The position numbers and the translations under genes were made by a program. Under the pieces are notes generated by a model. The model did not search any database. It was not told the DNA's origin and saw nothing but the letters and a program-made list of their open reading frames with translations. This document shows positions 47,812-59,947 of a stretch of 64,000 bases of DNA, piece by piece. This DNA is from Felis catus (lineage: Eukaryota), in NCBI RefSeq assembly GCF_018350175.1, contig NC_058382.1:55306001-55370000 (forward strand). The letters are read 5' to 3'. Position 1 is the first letter of the stretch, and every line of letters begins with the position of its first letter.

Positions 47812-48821
47812 TGTGGTGGCTGTGTTACCTTCCACAACAAACTACCAGAGACTGAGTGGCCTAAACAACAGAATGTGCTGTCTCATAGTTCTGGAGGCCA
47901 GGAGTCTGAAATCAAGGTGTGGGTGGGGTCATGCTGCTTCTGAAGCCTTTAGTGGAGGATCCTTCCTTGTCTCTTGCAGCTTCTGGAGGCTCCAGGCATT
48001 CCTTGGCCGTGGCCACATCACTCCAATTTCTGCCTCCATCTTTACGTGGCCTTCACCCCATATGGCCCTCCCTCTTTTTCTCTTCTATTTCCTATAAGGA
48101 TACCTGTCATTGGATTTAGGGTCCATCCTGATCCAGAATGATCTAATCTAAAGATGTTAACTTCACCGAAAGTGAAGAGGGAAGCCCCTGCCCCTCCCAA
48201 AGCCGAAGCCAAAGCAGAGGGTTTGAAGGCCACGTAAGCAGTGCTGAAAGGCGTCCACAGTCACACAAAAAAGTAGATCCGCAGGTCACCCACACTCTGA
48301 CAGTACAAGACATTGTGTCTCTGAAGACAGCCCAAATATCCTCAAAAGGGCTCCCCAGGAGAAACAAGCTCACCACTAGGCCATCATCAAGTTCCCCCTG
48401 ACTCCCGAGTCAGCCATGAAGAAGACAGAAGACAACAACACACTTGTGTTCATTGTGGGTGTCAAGACCAATAAATCCCAGATTAGACAGGCTGTGCAGA
48501 AGCTCTGTGACATTGACACGGCCAACGTCAACACGCTGATCAGGCCCAATGGAAAGAAAAAAAGGCATATGTTCAACTGGCTCCTGACTATGATGCTTTG
48601 GACATGCCAGCAAAGATGGGATCATGTAGACTGAGTCCAGCTGGTAAAATCTAAATATAAATTTTTCACCATAAAAAAATAAAAAAATAAGGAAGAAATA
48701 AAGATCCTTAACTTGATTACACTGGCAAAGACGCTTTTTTTCCCAAATAATGTCACATTCACAGGTGCATGGCACTAGGACGTAGACATATCTTTTTGGA
48801 GCCACTATTCACCCCACTACA
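47812..48821 (-). mobile_element. MLT1C-like MaLR LTR, split by the RPL23A retrocopy
   Basis: Minus strand begins TGTAGTGGGGTGAATAGTGGCTCCAAAAAGATATGTC..GTGACATTATTTGG..AGTTAAGGATCT and continues left of 48163 (CCTAAATCCAATGACAGGTATCCTTATAGG). Confidence 0.85.
48164..48699 (+). pseudogene. RPL23A: RPL23A processed pseudogene
   Basis: Intronless PKVKREAPAPPKAEAKAEGLKA...[35 protein letters not shown]; no ATG, in-frame TAA (48235) and TAG (48274), frameshifts, A-rich tail 48671-48699, TSD AAAGAT(G/CC)TTAACTT. Confidence 0.95.
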
Positions 48822-49249
48822 GTGACGTACATGATTCCTCTACCCCTCCTTCTCTCCCAGGCCCAACTCTCAGGTCTTTAAAACTAGGAGGAACTTCACT
48901 ACAGTTGACTTTACTGCTATACATTTTGTTTTGTAAACAGAAAAGAGAAGTTGAATTTCACAATGAATCCAGAATGGTTGAGAGAGGCAGTGACTGACAA
49001 GACACAGAAAAAATTCTGGAAGGGTAGGTCCCTAGGATCTGGAAGAAACCTAGGCAAGGCCGTGGGATACGGAATTTGAGCCAATATTATCTGGATCCCA
49101 ACGTTTGGAAAGTTCTAGCAGATACCTGGGTTATCAGGACACAAAATATGATCATACTATATATTCTACTTTGTAAGCTGCCCTCCTTTCTCAAGAAATA
49201 TTGCAAACATTTCCCCAAGTCATTACATATTCTTCAACAACATGATTAA

Positions 49250-49468
49250 AAAATTTTTTTTTTTACATTTATTTATTTTTGAGAAACAGAGTGAGACAAA
49301 GCATGAGCAGGGGAGGGACAGAGAGAGAAGGAGACACAGAATCTGAAACAGGCTCTGGGCTCTGAGCTGTCAGCAGAGATCCCGATGCGGGGCTCAAACC
49401 CACAAACTGTGAGATCATGACCTCAGCCGAAGTCGGAGGCTCAACCGACAGAGCCACCCAGGCACCCC
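49250..49468 (-). mobile_element. Felid SINE
   Basis: Reverse-complement SINE; ACAACATGATT flanks. Confidence 0.92.
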
Positions 49469-50600
49469 TACAACATGATTTTTAATGGCCACATAGCAGT
49501 CCATCAAATGAAAGTGCTGTAATTTATATAACAAATCCTTTATGGTTAGCCATTTAGGATGCTTCTATGCTTTACATATGATAAATAACACTGAAATGAA
49601 CAACTTCCTCTATAAATCATCATGCACATCTTTGATTATTTTCAAATGGGCTCATTTTAAATAACCATGAACAATTTTGCAATAGCAATTTCTGCTCATT
49701 GTTTTTTTTATGAACTCAAACTTTCCCTTCAGGCAAAAGGAAAAAAAAGAATGGAAAAGAAGTTCCTGGAACATCTGGCTTATGGTGTAATTTACTTTTG
49801 GTATTCAGCTGTGCTCCCAAATTTTGAAATGTTGTCTTTCTAAGAGACTCATCCTAGATTTAATCTCCCTTCTGGAGATACAGATGCAAGTATGTTTTCT
49901 TCTGTGAACTTCCAGCCTGGGAGCCTTGACTATGTGAGGGAAGCCATGCCAAACTGTACATTGGTTGCTTTCATCCACTTCTTCTCAATTTGTAAGTCCC
50001 TAGAAGGAAGGGACAGAAACTGAAAGAAAGGAGTTTTTGTTGACACCAAGAAGATCCTTGTGATAATGGCTGCCATTGAAAACTCTGATATGCCAGGCCT
50101 TTTACATATATTAGCTTTATAACCAATATGAGGTACAAATTATTATCCCACTGTTGGTGCAAGACTGTGGCTCAGAGCAGAGAGGGCAGTTCACACAGTC
50201 AAGTAAATAGCAGAACTGCATTTCAGAACTTAGCTCACTCAAAGCTACCGTATTGTCTGTTAGTGAGACTCCTAGGTTTTTGAATTTTGAACACTGGGAA
50301 GATTTCACACCAAAACTTGGGGAGACATGTAGGCTTGCCAGCTTTTAATTTTGCCACGTAAGGGCATCAAAACAGAAGCAACAACTAGCCTGTGATATCC
50401 TATCACCACCATCTCATTCACCAAAAGATATTTTAATGCCAAAAAGAGAGGAAAGCTATATAGTCTCTGAAGGTAATCCTTTAAATTGTATGAATTCAGC
50501 TTATGAAGATCAGTAGATTGCACTTAATGATGACCATCAGGTCACCATGGACCAGTGAAAAGTGGTTACCATCTCTAGACCACATTTAAGAATTGCACCC

Positions 50601-50800
50601 AGGGACACCTGGGTGGCTGTCGGTTACATGTCTGACTCTTGATTTCGGCTCGGGTCATGATCTCCCGGTTCATGAGATTGAGCCCAGCTGTCAGCACAGA
50701 GCCTGGGTGGGAGTATCTCTCTCCTTCCCTCTCTGCCCCTCCTCCACTCGTGCTCTCACTCTCTCTCAAAAATAATCAATAAACTTAAAAAAAAAAACAA
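50601..50800 (+). mobile_element. Carnivore SINE
   Basis: Head, body and A tail. Confidence 0.85.
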
Positions 50801-51715
50801 TTGCTTTCAGAAGTCATGTTACCATCAGTGCCTTGATGGAATGATTGCTCGGGCTTGGCTGACAGACATGGAAGGAGATTCGTGGCCTTCCATCTGCTGC
50901 AGGAAGAAGCTGGCAAAACATTCATTCAGCCATTGAGGCTGGGGCATTCATGCCATTATTCTCTTCTCTATTCAGGGTAGAATTTTCATACTCTGGTCCT
51001 TCCCAAGAGGGTGGAAAGGAAGTGAGGACAGAGACAGAGGCTATCGATTCATTTCAAGACATTTAAGGGAAAAGGAGAAGGGAGAGAGATCTGGATACAC
51101 GGGCAGAATGATTTTTATACATGCTGATTCCTTAATGTATCTCTGAGAAGTAGAGCTGTATTGTCGGTAAGTAAGTGGATAAGTCAAAATAGAACTCAGG
51201 GATCTTTCAAGCTGGCTCTTTACGAATGTTATTGTTTTGATACACAATGTATGGGAGGCAAGGACAATGGGTTAATGAGTGTATGTTAATGTGTGTGGGT
51301 TTCACTTTTTCATTCTTGATGCCGTTCTGCTCTTTGCTGTGGTTAGTGCTAAGAAGAGAAAGAAATGAACCCAAGAACAAGATCAGAGATCAAAATATCA
51401 GGATTTAGCACACCACTTCCTGTTGACAGAATCTCTAACTTCTTCCTTAAGTCTCATGAGTGTGAAGTTCTATTGTCTTAAGAGCAGGGCCCTATACCTT
51501 TCTCACTTTGGTTCCCAAATGACAGTCCATTGCTTGCTGCCAATTAGTGACAGAACTTTTACCATTCTGGGGGGCTCTCTGAAAAGTGAGGACAATATAA
51601 GAAGTTTCTCATAAAGTTTAATTTATTCAGTATAAGAGACCACATTTTATTCTGACACTGTCTACTTTTCTTTAGTGTTAAAATATCTTTTCTTTTGTGG
51701 ACCGTTGATAGTTGA

Positions 51716-51945
51716 TTTTTTTTATTAAAAAAGCTTTTTTAATGTTTTATTTATTTTTGAGACAGAGAGAGACAGAGTGTGAGTGGGGGAGGGGCAGAGA
51801 GCAAGGGAGACACAGAATCTGAAACAGGCTCCAGGCTCTGAGCTGTCAGCACAGAGCCCCATGTGGGGCTCGAACCCACGAACTGTGAGATCATGACTTG
51901 AGCCGAAGTTGGACGCCTAACCAACTGAGCCACCCAGGCACTCCC
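51716..51945 (-). mobile_element. Felid SINE
   Basis: Reverse-complement SINE; CCGTTGAT.GTTGATTTTT flanks. Confidence 0.92.
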
Positions 51946-53049
51946 GTTGATCGTTGATTTTTAAATGCATTTTCACTTGGCAAACTTAAATAGTGGAGAT
52001 TCAATGTCTACCCCTCACCTTTTGAAAAGATTGCACAGATCTATGAAGTACAAAAGTTGGGAAATACTGATCTAGGCAGTTTTATTATTTAGTTGCAGTC
52101 CAATTATTTAGTTACAGTCCCAGGAAATTACCGGCAAGAATCACATGAAAGATTTCTAAGAAGATTACACAGGAAGAGTTTTGCAACATAAAAACTTCTA
52201 AACTTATAGGTAGGATAACTTTCTCTATAATGCTAAAATTCGGACTTGGATTTTATTTACAAACACCTTCAATGTCATAGGCATATTCATGGATTAATTA
52301 CTCCGAGAAGCAGTTCTGAGCTCTGCAAGCCCTATGCTCCCAATTTTTGTCTTTTTCAAAAAGAGAAAGAAAATGTCTTCTGAAAACCATGGAAGAGAGG
52401 GGAACGGATTCTCATCGCGGGTCTTATGAAAAAGAATGGTTTGGGTAATCTTAGAAGAGGAATCAACAGTTACTGGGACCTAACATGACTGATCAATAAA
52501 TAAATATTTCATATTAGAATTCCTCTACTGATTGGTGGAATGAATAAACACACTGATTTTGGATTTCAGTAAGGGATTTGACAAGGTCACTTTTGCTATT
52601 ATTGTTGGCAAGATACAGAAATGTCAGATGATTAATATCAACTTGAAAGAAAGTTTCCTGAGGTATGTCTCTGATAGCTATACTGTAATTGTCTATTTAC
52701 TGGTCTGCTCCCTAAATAGAATTTAGGTTCCTCTCTGAGGGCAGGAACCAAGTCTTTTTACTGACCGTTGTATTCTCAGTACCTTGAACAGCACCTGGCA
52801 CATAGTAAGAACACTATAAATATGTGGTGAATGAATGAATATCTTATGAAATGCCTTGCTTTTACACTTATAAAGCTATGAGAAGGTTCACTTAGATTCT
52901 TCCATGATGTGTTGCTAGGAGGAGGGAGTAGTGGACCCAATCTTAATAACATCAAATATAACAGGGTTTCCATTTTGATACAAATAAAGTATCTTACAGG
53001 CATAGGGAGAGTTGAGCCTTACCAGATGGTTTAAAAAAGACTTAGGAAC

Positions 53050-54580
53050 TTTGCTTCTGTTAATGGCTGATAAGATAAACAGGATCAACTCTCTTGCTGA
53101 GAGCTTATCCGATAAAGCCAGATAAAATATAACACCTATCTCCTCAACGCCATCAAAATACTGCTAGAAAACAGCTGATAACCTGAAATTCTATGTTCTT
53201 GAAGTGAAAACATCCTTCAAAAATGGATAATGAAAACATTTTCAGAAAAACAAAAACAAAGATTTCATCACTAGCACCTATACTAAAGAAAAGTGGTCTC
53301 AGGGGCAAGCGTGGAGATATGGGAAGGAATGAGAAGCCGCAAGAGAGTAACTTCTTTGTTGGACAATATAAATGAATGTTGACTCTATAAAACAAATATA
53401 AAAACATCCTGTGGGATTACGACAACTATACCATATACATCCAGATGGTGGGGAGTGGTGTACAAGTGTTCAAAGGTCCTGGCATGAGGTATATACCAAG
53501 AAAGCAAAAATAACAAGTCACATTGGTCTGTGAGAAGTCATTTAAGTAACTGTTAAAAGCATCACAAAGAGTGCACAACTGTCAAGGTAATGAAGGGGGA
53601 GCGTGGAAAAATAACAAAGAATGATTAATTCAAAGGAAGCCTAGAAAATAGAAGAAACGTAATGTAGAATACAAGGGACTAACAAAAGGTAAACAGTAAA
53701 ACAAAAGATTTCAAGCTAAACATATCAATACTTATATTAAATGTAAAGGAACTAAGTTGTTTACTTAAAAGACAAAGATTGTTATACTGGAAGAGAAAAA
53801 AAAAGTGCCTAGTACATGTTGCTTTGAAAAGACATATCTGAAAGGTAAGAATACAGAACAATTGAAATCAGAGAGGTGGGAAAGACCTAACTGATATGCA
53901 TGGAACAGTGGAACCAACCACAGAATATATATTCTTTCTAAGCACATGTGAACATTTATAGAAATCAACTGTGTGATGGGCCATAGAGTAAGACTCAAGA
54001 TATTTCAAAGGACTGAAATCACACATAATGTGTTTTTCAACTTGAGTAAAATGAAGCTAGAAAGTGCAATAATATATCACTAAAATTTCCCATATGAAAT
54101 TATTAAATACAATTCTAAATAACCCATGTAACAAAGAACAAATCCTAGTGGAAATTATAAAATATTTTTCAGTCAACTAACTTGAATTATAATTTTTTAA
54201 AAGTAAAGTAAATAAATAAAACATTTTCCACTGAACAATAATGCAAATAATACATATCAAACATGGGGGATGCAGCTCAGACATACTTAAAAATATAGCA
54301 TAGCCTGGGGTGCCTGGTTGGCTCAGTTGGTTAAGTGTCTGACTTTAGCGTGGGTCACGATCTCATGGTTTGTGAGTTTGAGCCCCGCATCGAGCTCTCT
54401 GATGTCAGCACAGAGCCTGCTTTGGATCCTCTGTCCGCGCCCCCCCCCCCATCTCTCTCTCTCTTTCTCTCTCTCTCAAAAAATAAACATTAAAAAAATA
54501 TGTATATATAGTATAGCATATAGTTTAGAAAGAACAATGGTTTAAAAAAACATCCATCTACAGAAATTAGAAGAACTTAG
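53050..54580 (+). mobile_element. Old L1M remnant (ORF1/inter-ORF/endonuclease region)
   Basis: A-rich text with cttatattaaatgtaaaggaactaa, agcacatg.aacattta.agaaat, attctaaataacccatg, tgggggatgcagct. Confidence 0.7.
54307..54500 (+). mobile_element. Carnivore SINE
   Basis: Head, body and tail. Confidence 0.88.
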
Positions 54581-55134
54581 GTGCCCTGTAATCCTATAAA
54601 ATAAATAAGATATAGACCTATTTGGAATTAATGATAACTGTGCAGTTTAGACGTCTTCTCCCCACACATGTCAATAACAGAACAACTTGATCTAGTCCCA
54701 ACTTCAGGTTGTCTTCTCCTGGTGTTTTACCCTCTGACAGTATGAGACGGAGAATGAGATATATATTTGTACAATTCCAAATCCACACTGAGAACATTAC
54801 TTATCATCTAAAAGTGTAAGAATCACAACAAAACTTGGGTTACCAGCAAGACCACCCCGGTTACATTCACCAAAACGACATGTTCTTCAGCTATTGCAAC
54901 AACATGATTTTTTAAATGTTTGAACTCTGAACAATGTGGCTGCCTCAGGCACGTTGCACCATATTCTGCTGTGTATAAGGTGCAGTTAAGAGAAATGAGG
55001 GCTATCAACCTGGAGAAGGAAGAAAGCAATCTTCAAATAGTTGAAAGAAGCAGGAACTAGATGTGGTCTATGTGACTCCAAGTGACAAAGAAAGGACGAG
55101 TACCACGGTCAAGCTCGGTCTAGAGGAGAACTTT

Positions 55135-55348
55135 CTTTTTTTTTCTTTTTAAGTGTATTCATTTATTTTGAGAAAGGGACAACATGAGTGGGGGAGGGTC
55201 AGAGAGAGGGAGATAGAGAATCCCAAGCAGCCTCCACACTTGTCAGCACAGAGCCCCATGCAGGGCTCGAACCCACAAACCGCGAGACCATGACCTGAGC
55301 CGAAATCCAGAGTCAGACACTTAACCGACTGAATCACATGGGTGCCCT
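55135..55348 (-). mobile_element. Carnivore SINE
   Basis: Reverse-complement SINE; GAGGAGAACT flanks. Confidence 0.9.
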
Positions 55349-55699
55349 GAGGAGAACTAGATAGTCAGACTTCAAAGGCTTTGCTGTGCCCGTCATCAGA
55401 GGTGTGCTGACCGTGGACAAGATGACCACTTAGTGGAGATGTTACAGACAGAGTCCAATGGGAAGTTACTTCTTCACATTCCCTTCTATACTCAAGAACC
55501 ACAGATTCTAAGAAAGTGTTCATTTTAGGATCCTCAGCAATGTTTCTGTTTGTTTGTTTGCTTTGGCCCAGGGTGGGAAATCCTCTCTTTTGGGTAAGAT
55601 ATCTTGTCTTCAGGAGGTGCCTTCCAAAAGGCACCTCTGTCGGTAGAAGGAAGCAGCACATTGACCTGTTGGCATCATTAGCAAGAATATAAGTTAAAA

Positions 55700-55909
55700 A
55701 AATTTTTTTAAATATTTATTTATTTTTGAGAGACACAGACAGCATGAGCAGGGGAGGGGCAGAAAGAGAAGGAGACACAGAATAGGAAGCAGGCTCCAGG
55801 CTCTGAGCTGTCAGCATAGACCCCCATGCGGGGCTTGAACCCACGCACTGTGAGATCATGACCTGAGCCGAAGTCAGACGCTTAACCGACTGAGCCACCC
55901 AGGCGCCCC
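55700..55909 (-). mobile_element. Felid SINE
   Basis: Reverse-complement SINE; AGCAAGAATA flanks. Confidence 0.92.
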
Positions 55910-56484
55910 AGCAAGAATACAACTTGATCCAAATGCCTCCTTCCCCTAGGAAAGCTAAGGATAAACTTGCAAAAAAAAAAAAAGATTGGGGGGGGGTGGA
56001 CACTTCCAAGCAAGGATGGCCTCAAGGACAGCTCTAAAACAAAATGAGGGGGACAAAAAGGAGGTACAAATCAGCTCAGCCAGATGGAGGAAGTCCTCAT
56101 TCAGAGGCAGAACAGCCCTCTGTTGGACTAGGACCCTGTGGTCCTCTGTGTTCCCAGTTGGCTAAAATCCTTCCTTTCCCCCCACCATCCAGCCCCACTA
56201 GTCACAGCTCCTGCAGCAGCTATATGCCAAGGTCAGGAACTGGATCCATATTACTCACTGCTGAATTCCTCCATGGCCGGTACAGAATGTGCCACCCAGA
56301 AGGCACTCTGTAGAGCTTTGCTCTTTCCTTATTCCTTCAATGAATGTAAATAAAGTACATGCAAAGGGACAGGCACTAGGCTAGGCATTTAGTGCACAGG
56401 GAATAAAACCCAAAGACCAGATGAGGTTCATGCCCTCATGAAGTTCATTCATGGTCTATCGGGGGAGACAGAACAATTAAAAAA

Positions 56485-56726
56485 AATTTTTTTTAATGTT
56501 TATTTATTTTTGAGAGACAGAAAGGGAGAGAGAGAGAGAGGGAGAGAGAGAGGGAAGTGCGAGCGAGGGAGGGGCAAAGAGCGGGAGACATAGAATCTGA
56601 AACAGGCTCCAGGCTCTGAGCTGTCAGCACAGAGCCCGGCACGAAGCTCGAACTCACGGCCTGTGAGATCATGCATGACCTGAGCCGAAGTCGGACGCTG
56701 AGCCGACTGAGCCACCCAGGTGCCCC
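56485..56726 (-). mobile_element. Felid SINE
   Basis: Reverse-complement SINE; GAGACAGAACAATT flanks. Confidence 0.92.
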
Positions 56727-59170
56727 TGAGACAGAACAATTTTAAAAATAAACAATCTGGGTTCAGAATTATGAATGGAGCTAACTGCAGGGAAGGGGTG
56801 AATATGGTGGTGATGGAAGATTCTCAGGCTGGGAGGTGAGAAGTGACATTTAAGCACGTGTCAGATGGATGGCAAGGGGACGTGCTGTGTGGCGAACTGG
56901 ATGGAGACATAAATGAGTGAGGAGAAGGCTGGCAGGAACCTCTCCTCCTGCCCAGGTGAAAAGGGCTAAGAGGCTGCGAGTGCGCCCAACAAAGAGAAGA
57001 GTGGCTATTAGTGCCACGTGCAAGGCAAGATTCGTGTTGTTCACTTTTAAAAACAACCCTGGGGCTGGGTTCCCTTTCTTTAGAAGAGGAAACAGAGCCT
57101 CACGGAAAGGCTAGGAAGTAACTGAGTCAGGATGTGAACTCAGTTCCATGAGGCTTTACAACTCACCCTCCTAATATGTGTTCCCCCTGCCCTGTCGGAG
57201 GGCAAGGAACATCCTTACCTAGAGTTCCATGTCATGGCAGCTTTGGCCCGCCCCTACGGAGCCCCAGGACTGAGCAGCTGAGAAGCCTTGGGGGCTGCTA
57301 CCCAGAGAAGATTTGCTTCATCTCTGGTGGGCGTGCACATACCTGGAAACCCACCAGGGTGCTCAGTCCCAGCCCCAGTGTGGGAGCCATTGAGAAAGAG
57401 CCAAGGGCCCCAGCCAAGAGCCAAGACCAATCCTTCACCCTCACCTAGAAAGCTATCTGACATCACAGCTATCCTGACTGAATCCTCCTGGGCTGGTGAG
57501 GCCACGAGGCCCGGGGAGGCGCCCGCACCTGGGATGTGCACATGGCTGACGGAAGGGAGCTGGGTGTGTGGAAAGAAGGAGATCTCAGGTCCAGCCAAGG
57601 AATTCAGATCCTCACCCCACTGCTTCCTGGCCTGGAGCCAGCAACGTCTCCCCACCTCAGGTGTCTGTGTGGCTGGGAGGGCAGACAGGAGGTGCCGTTG
57701 CCCCACATAAGACCCCTGTAAGGGCTTTGTCACCACCCCACCCAGTTCCACTATACCATAAGGTCCACAAGTCATTGCTTCCCACCTGGTCCCCTTGTGC
57801 CTGGAGATAGCTCTGAGCCCAGGAGCGCTGCCTTCGCAACTGGGCGGGCTGAGGGCAGATGAGCAAGGCTCATCTGAGATCAGAGACAATTTCCCCAACT
57901 CCCTGTCCCAAATTCTCTCTACCTCCATACAAGATAGACTCCTCCTGCCTCCCCCACGTCACCCGTGACTGGAGTCCCTGGCCTCCTCCTGGCCCCTCAG
58001 CACATGCTATATTCAGCCATAGTTGGGGACGAGTATATATTCCCCTGGGCACTTTATCCTACTCCTGAAGTTCTTCCTTTTTTGATAAAAAGCACGAATC
58101 GCCAGCATTTCTGGGGTTCCTTCTGGTGTGCCAGGCAGGATGAGCTAAGTGCCTTTACCTCGGTATTTTTATTATTTTACAGCTGAGAAGGGGTCTATCG
58201 GGGTGGAGTCACCCACCCGACTCTCTACGTATTAAGTGCCAGGGCTCAGGTGAGATTTGAAAACAGGTCATCTGACCCCCCAAGTGAGATATTTTCTTAT
58301 CCCTCTGGATATGCCAACACCCAGTCTTTATCAGAATTCCGGCCTCCCAGCCAGGTGTCGAGCACACAGAAGACACGCCCCAGGCCCAACCCACTGGTGG
58401 CACCCTCTGGGGCTGTCGGCTTCGTTACTGGTGGTTGGTAGGGTGTCAGGGTTCCAGAGAGCTGGCTCTTGAGCCAGTGAGTCATGGTGCGGTCAAGTAC
58501 CATTGCCCTTATAAAAGGAAAGTATCTCTCCCAGCTGCAATTTTCCTCTTTGCAAATGAGGATGGTAATACCCGCCCTGAAGTGTTTTTATGAGGTTCAA
58601 ACAAGGCTAAAACAGGGAGGGACCAGTACATAATATACGGATTGCCTTTTATGTTTTGCCTAAAGCAGGCAGTAGAGGGGCTCAGAGCCGCTGGAACAAG
58701 GCTGCCTGATGCCCCCACTTCGTGATCTTGAGCAAGTCTCTTGACCTTCTATGCCTCAGTGTCCTCTCTTGTAAAACCACTACAAAACCAGAATCTACCT
58801 CGCAAGGAGATTACACTCCAAGAGACTGAGGGTACCGACTGCCGAGTCCCAGTGCCTAGAGCAGAGCTCGGCAGAGGAAAGGATCTCAGTGAAGAATGAA
58901 TGGATAAGTAGGCGAAGGAACGTGGCCCCTGGCACAAATAAATACCAATAGATAGTGACCGTGGTGGTTGTATTAGCCTTGCTCTTATCTCTGCCTGGCA
59001 TGCCTCCCCTCTGGCAAGACCAGCACATCGGCCAAGAATCTCTTCCTCTGGATTTTATATTCCTCTCCATTCAACACTTCAGCCTGTCGGAGATGGGGAT
59101 GGATGGCAGGAATGCCAACTCAGGACAGCCTTCCCCTTCCAGATCTTCCAGACCTCTCTGGTTGCCTGCG

Positions 59171-59172
<2 letters not shown>

Positions 59173-59211
<39 letters not shown>
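59173..59211. repeat. (CA)n microsatellite upstream of HSD17B2
   Basis: Direct reading. Confidence 0.97.
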
Positions 59212-59214
<3 letters not shown>

Positions 59215-59269
59215 CCCGAGTCAGAAAAAGAATTTGACAGTCACACCACCGGCTCCTGCCGGCGAAGAG

Positions 59270-59500
59270 TTTTTCTGTGAACTAAAGGTCTTGTTATTCA
59301 CCGTTCGGATTGAATTCTGTCAATTATTATCCACCTGGTTATCTCTCCAGAGGTCACGGAAAAGAAAAAAACGTGTAAGTGTTGTGGGTGAGTACGTCTA
59401 CGTGTCATGTGTTGTTTCCATATGTCAGGTGGCCTTGGGGGAGCTGCTGAATGGGAAGAGGTCTGGTATTTATAGGGATCGGCTCCCCGGTTTCAATGAC
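59270..59500 (+). promoter_or_regulatory. Probable HSD17B2 proximal promoter with TATA-like TATTTATA (59467-59474)
   Basis: Unique sequence about 210 nt upstream of the ATG; TATA-like box; HNF1-like GTCAATTATTATC at 59319-59331 (motif inference only). Confidence 0.5.
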
Positions 59501-59682
59501 CCACCAGGAAATACATGCCTGCGTGAGTGTGCTTAATCCGTGCTCATCCGAAGCGTGCCGGGGTTCCTTTCTCCCCCTCCCTCCTTGCCTCTCTGTTCAT
59601 ATATCCCAGGCTGCCTCCAGCCAGCCTTTGCCCACTCGTCTCGCTGGTCCTGAGCACACAAAGGTGCAGGGCGTTTCTGAGA

Positions 59683-59947
59683 ATGAGCACCTTCTCTGAG
59701 ACAGCATGGCTCTGCCTGGCTGTCCCCGCAGCGCTGGGAGGAATAGTTCTTTACAAACTCAAGAAGAGCCCGGGGCAGGTGGGGAGAAAGGTGGTCTGCC
59801 TGGCGGGCCTCTGGGCAGGGGCTTACCTGCTCAGCCTGTCCCTCTTCTGGGGCTGGGTCCTCTTCCCCCTGTCCTGTTTCCTCATGTGTGCTTACTTATC
59901 TGGCCACGAGTTTTTACCTGTGGATCAAAAGGCGGTGCTGATCACAG
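59683..59947 (+). CDS. HSD17B2: 17-beta-hydroxysteroid dehydrogenase type 2, first coding exon (rest of gene beyond the window)
   Basis: MSTFSETAWLCLAVP...LSCFLMCAYLSGHEFLPVDQKAVLITG resembles the HSD17B2 N-terminal membrane anchor and start of the Rossmann fold; GTAAGT donor at 59948; gene order PLCG2-SDR42E1-HSD17B2 as in human. Confidence 0.96.

Larger units (their letters stand above)
52330..55510 (+). mobile_element. Fragmented CR1/L3 LINE interrupted by L1M, L2 and SINE insertions
   Basis: TTGGATTTCAGTAAGGGATTTGACAAGGTC (LDFSKGFDKV, CR1 RT motif) at about 52559; CR1-like 3' segments at about 54930-55135 and 55350-55510. Confidence 0.55.

Noticed and set aside
57254..57928. 224-aa minus-strand ORF
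   Set aside because: No recognisable domain or splice context; GC-rich intergenic sequence with ORFs in several frames; cannot be supported without expression data
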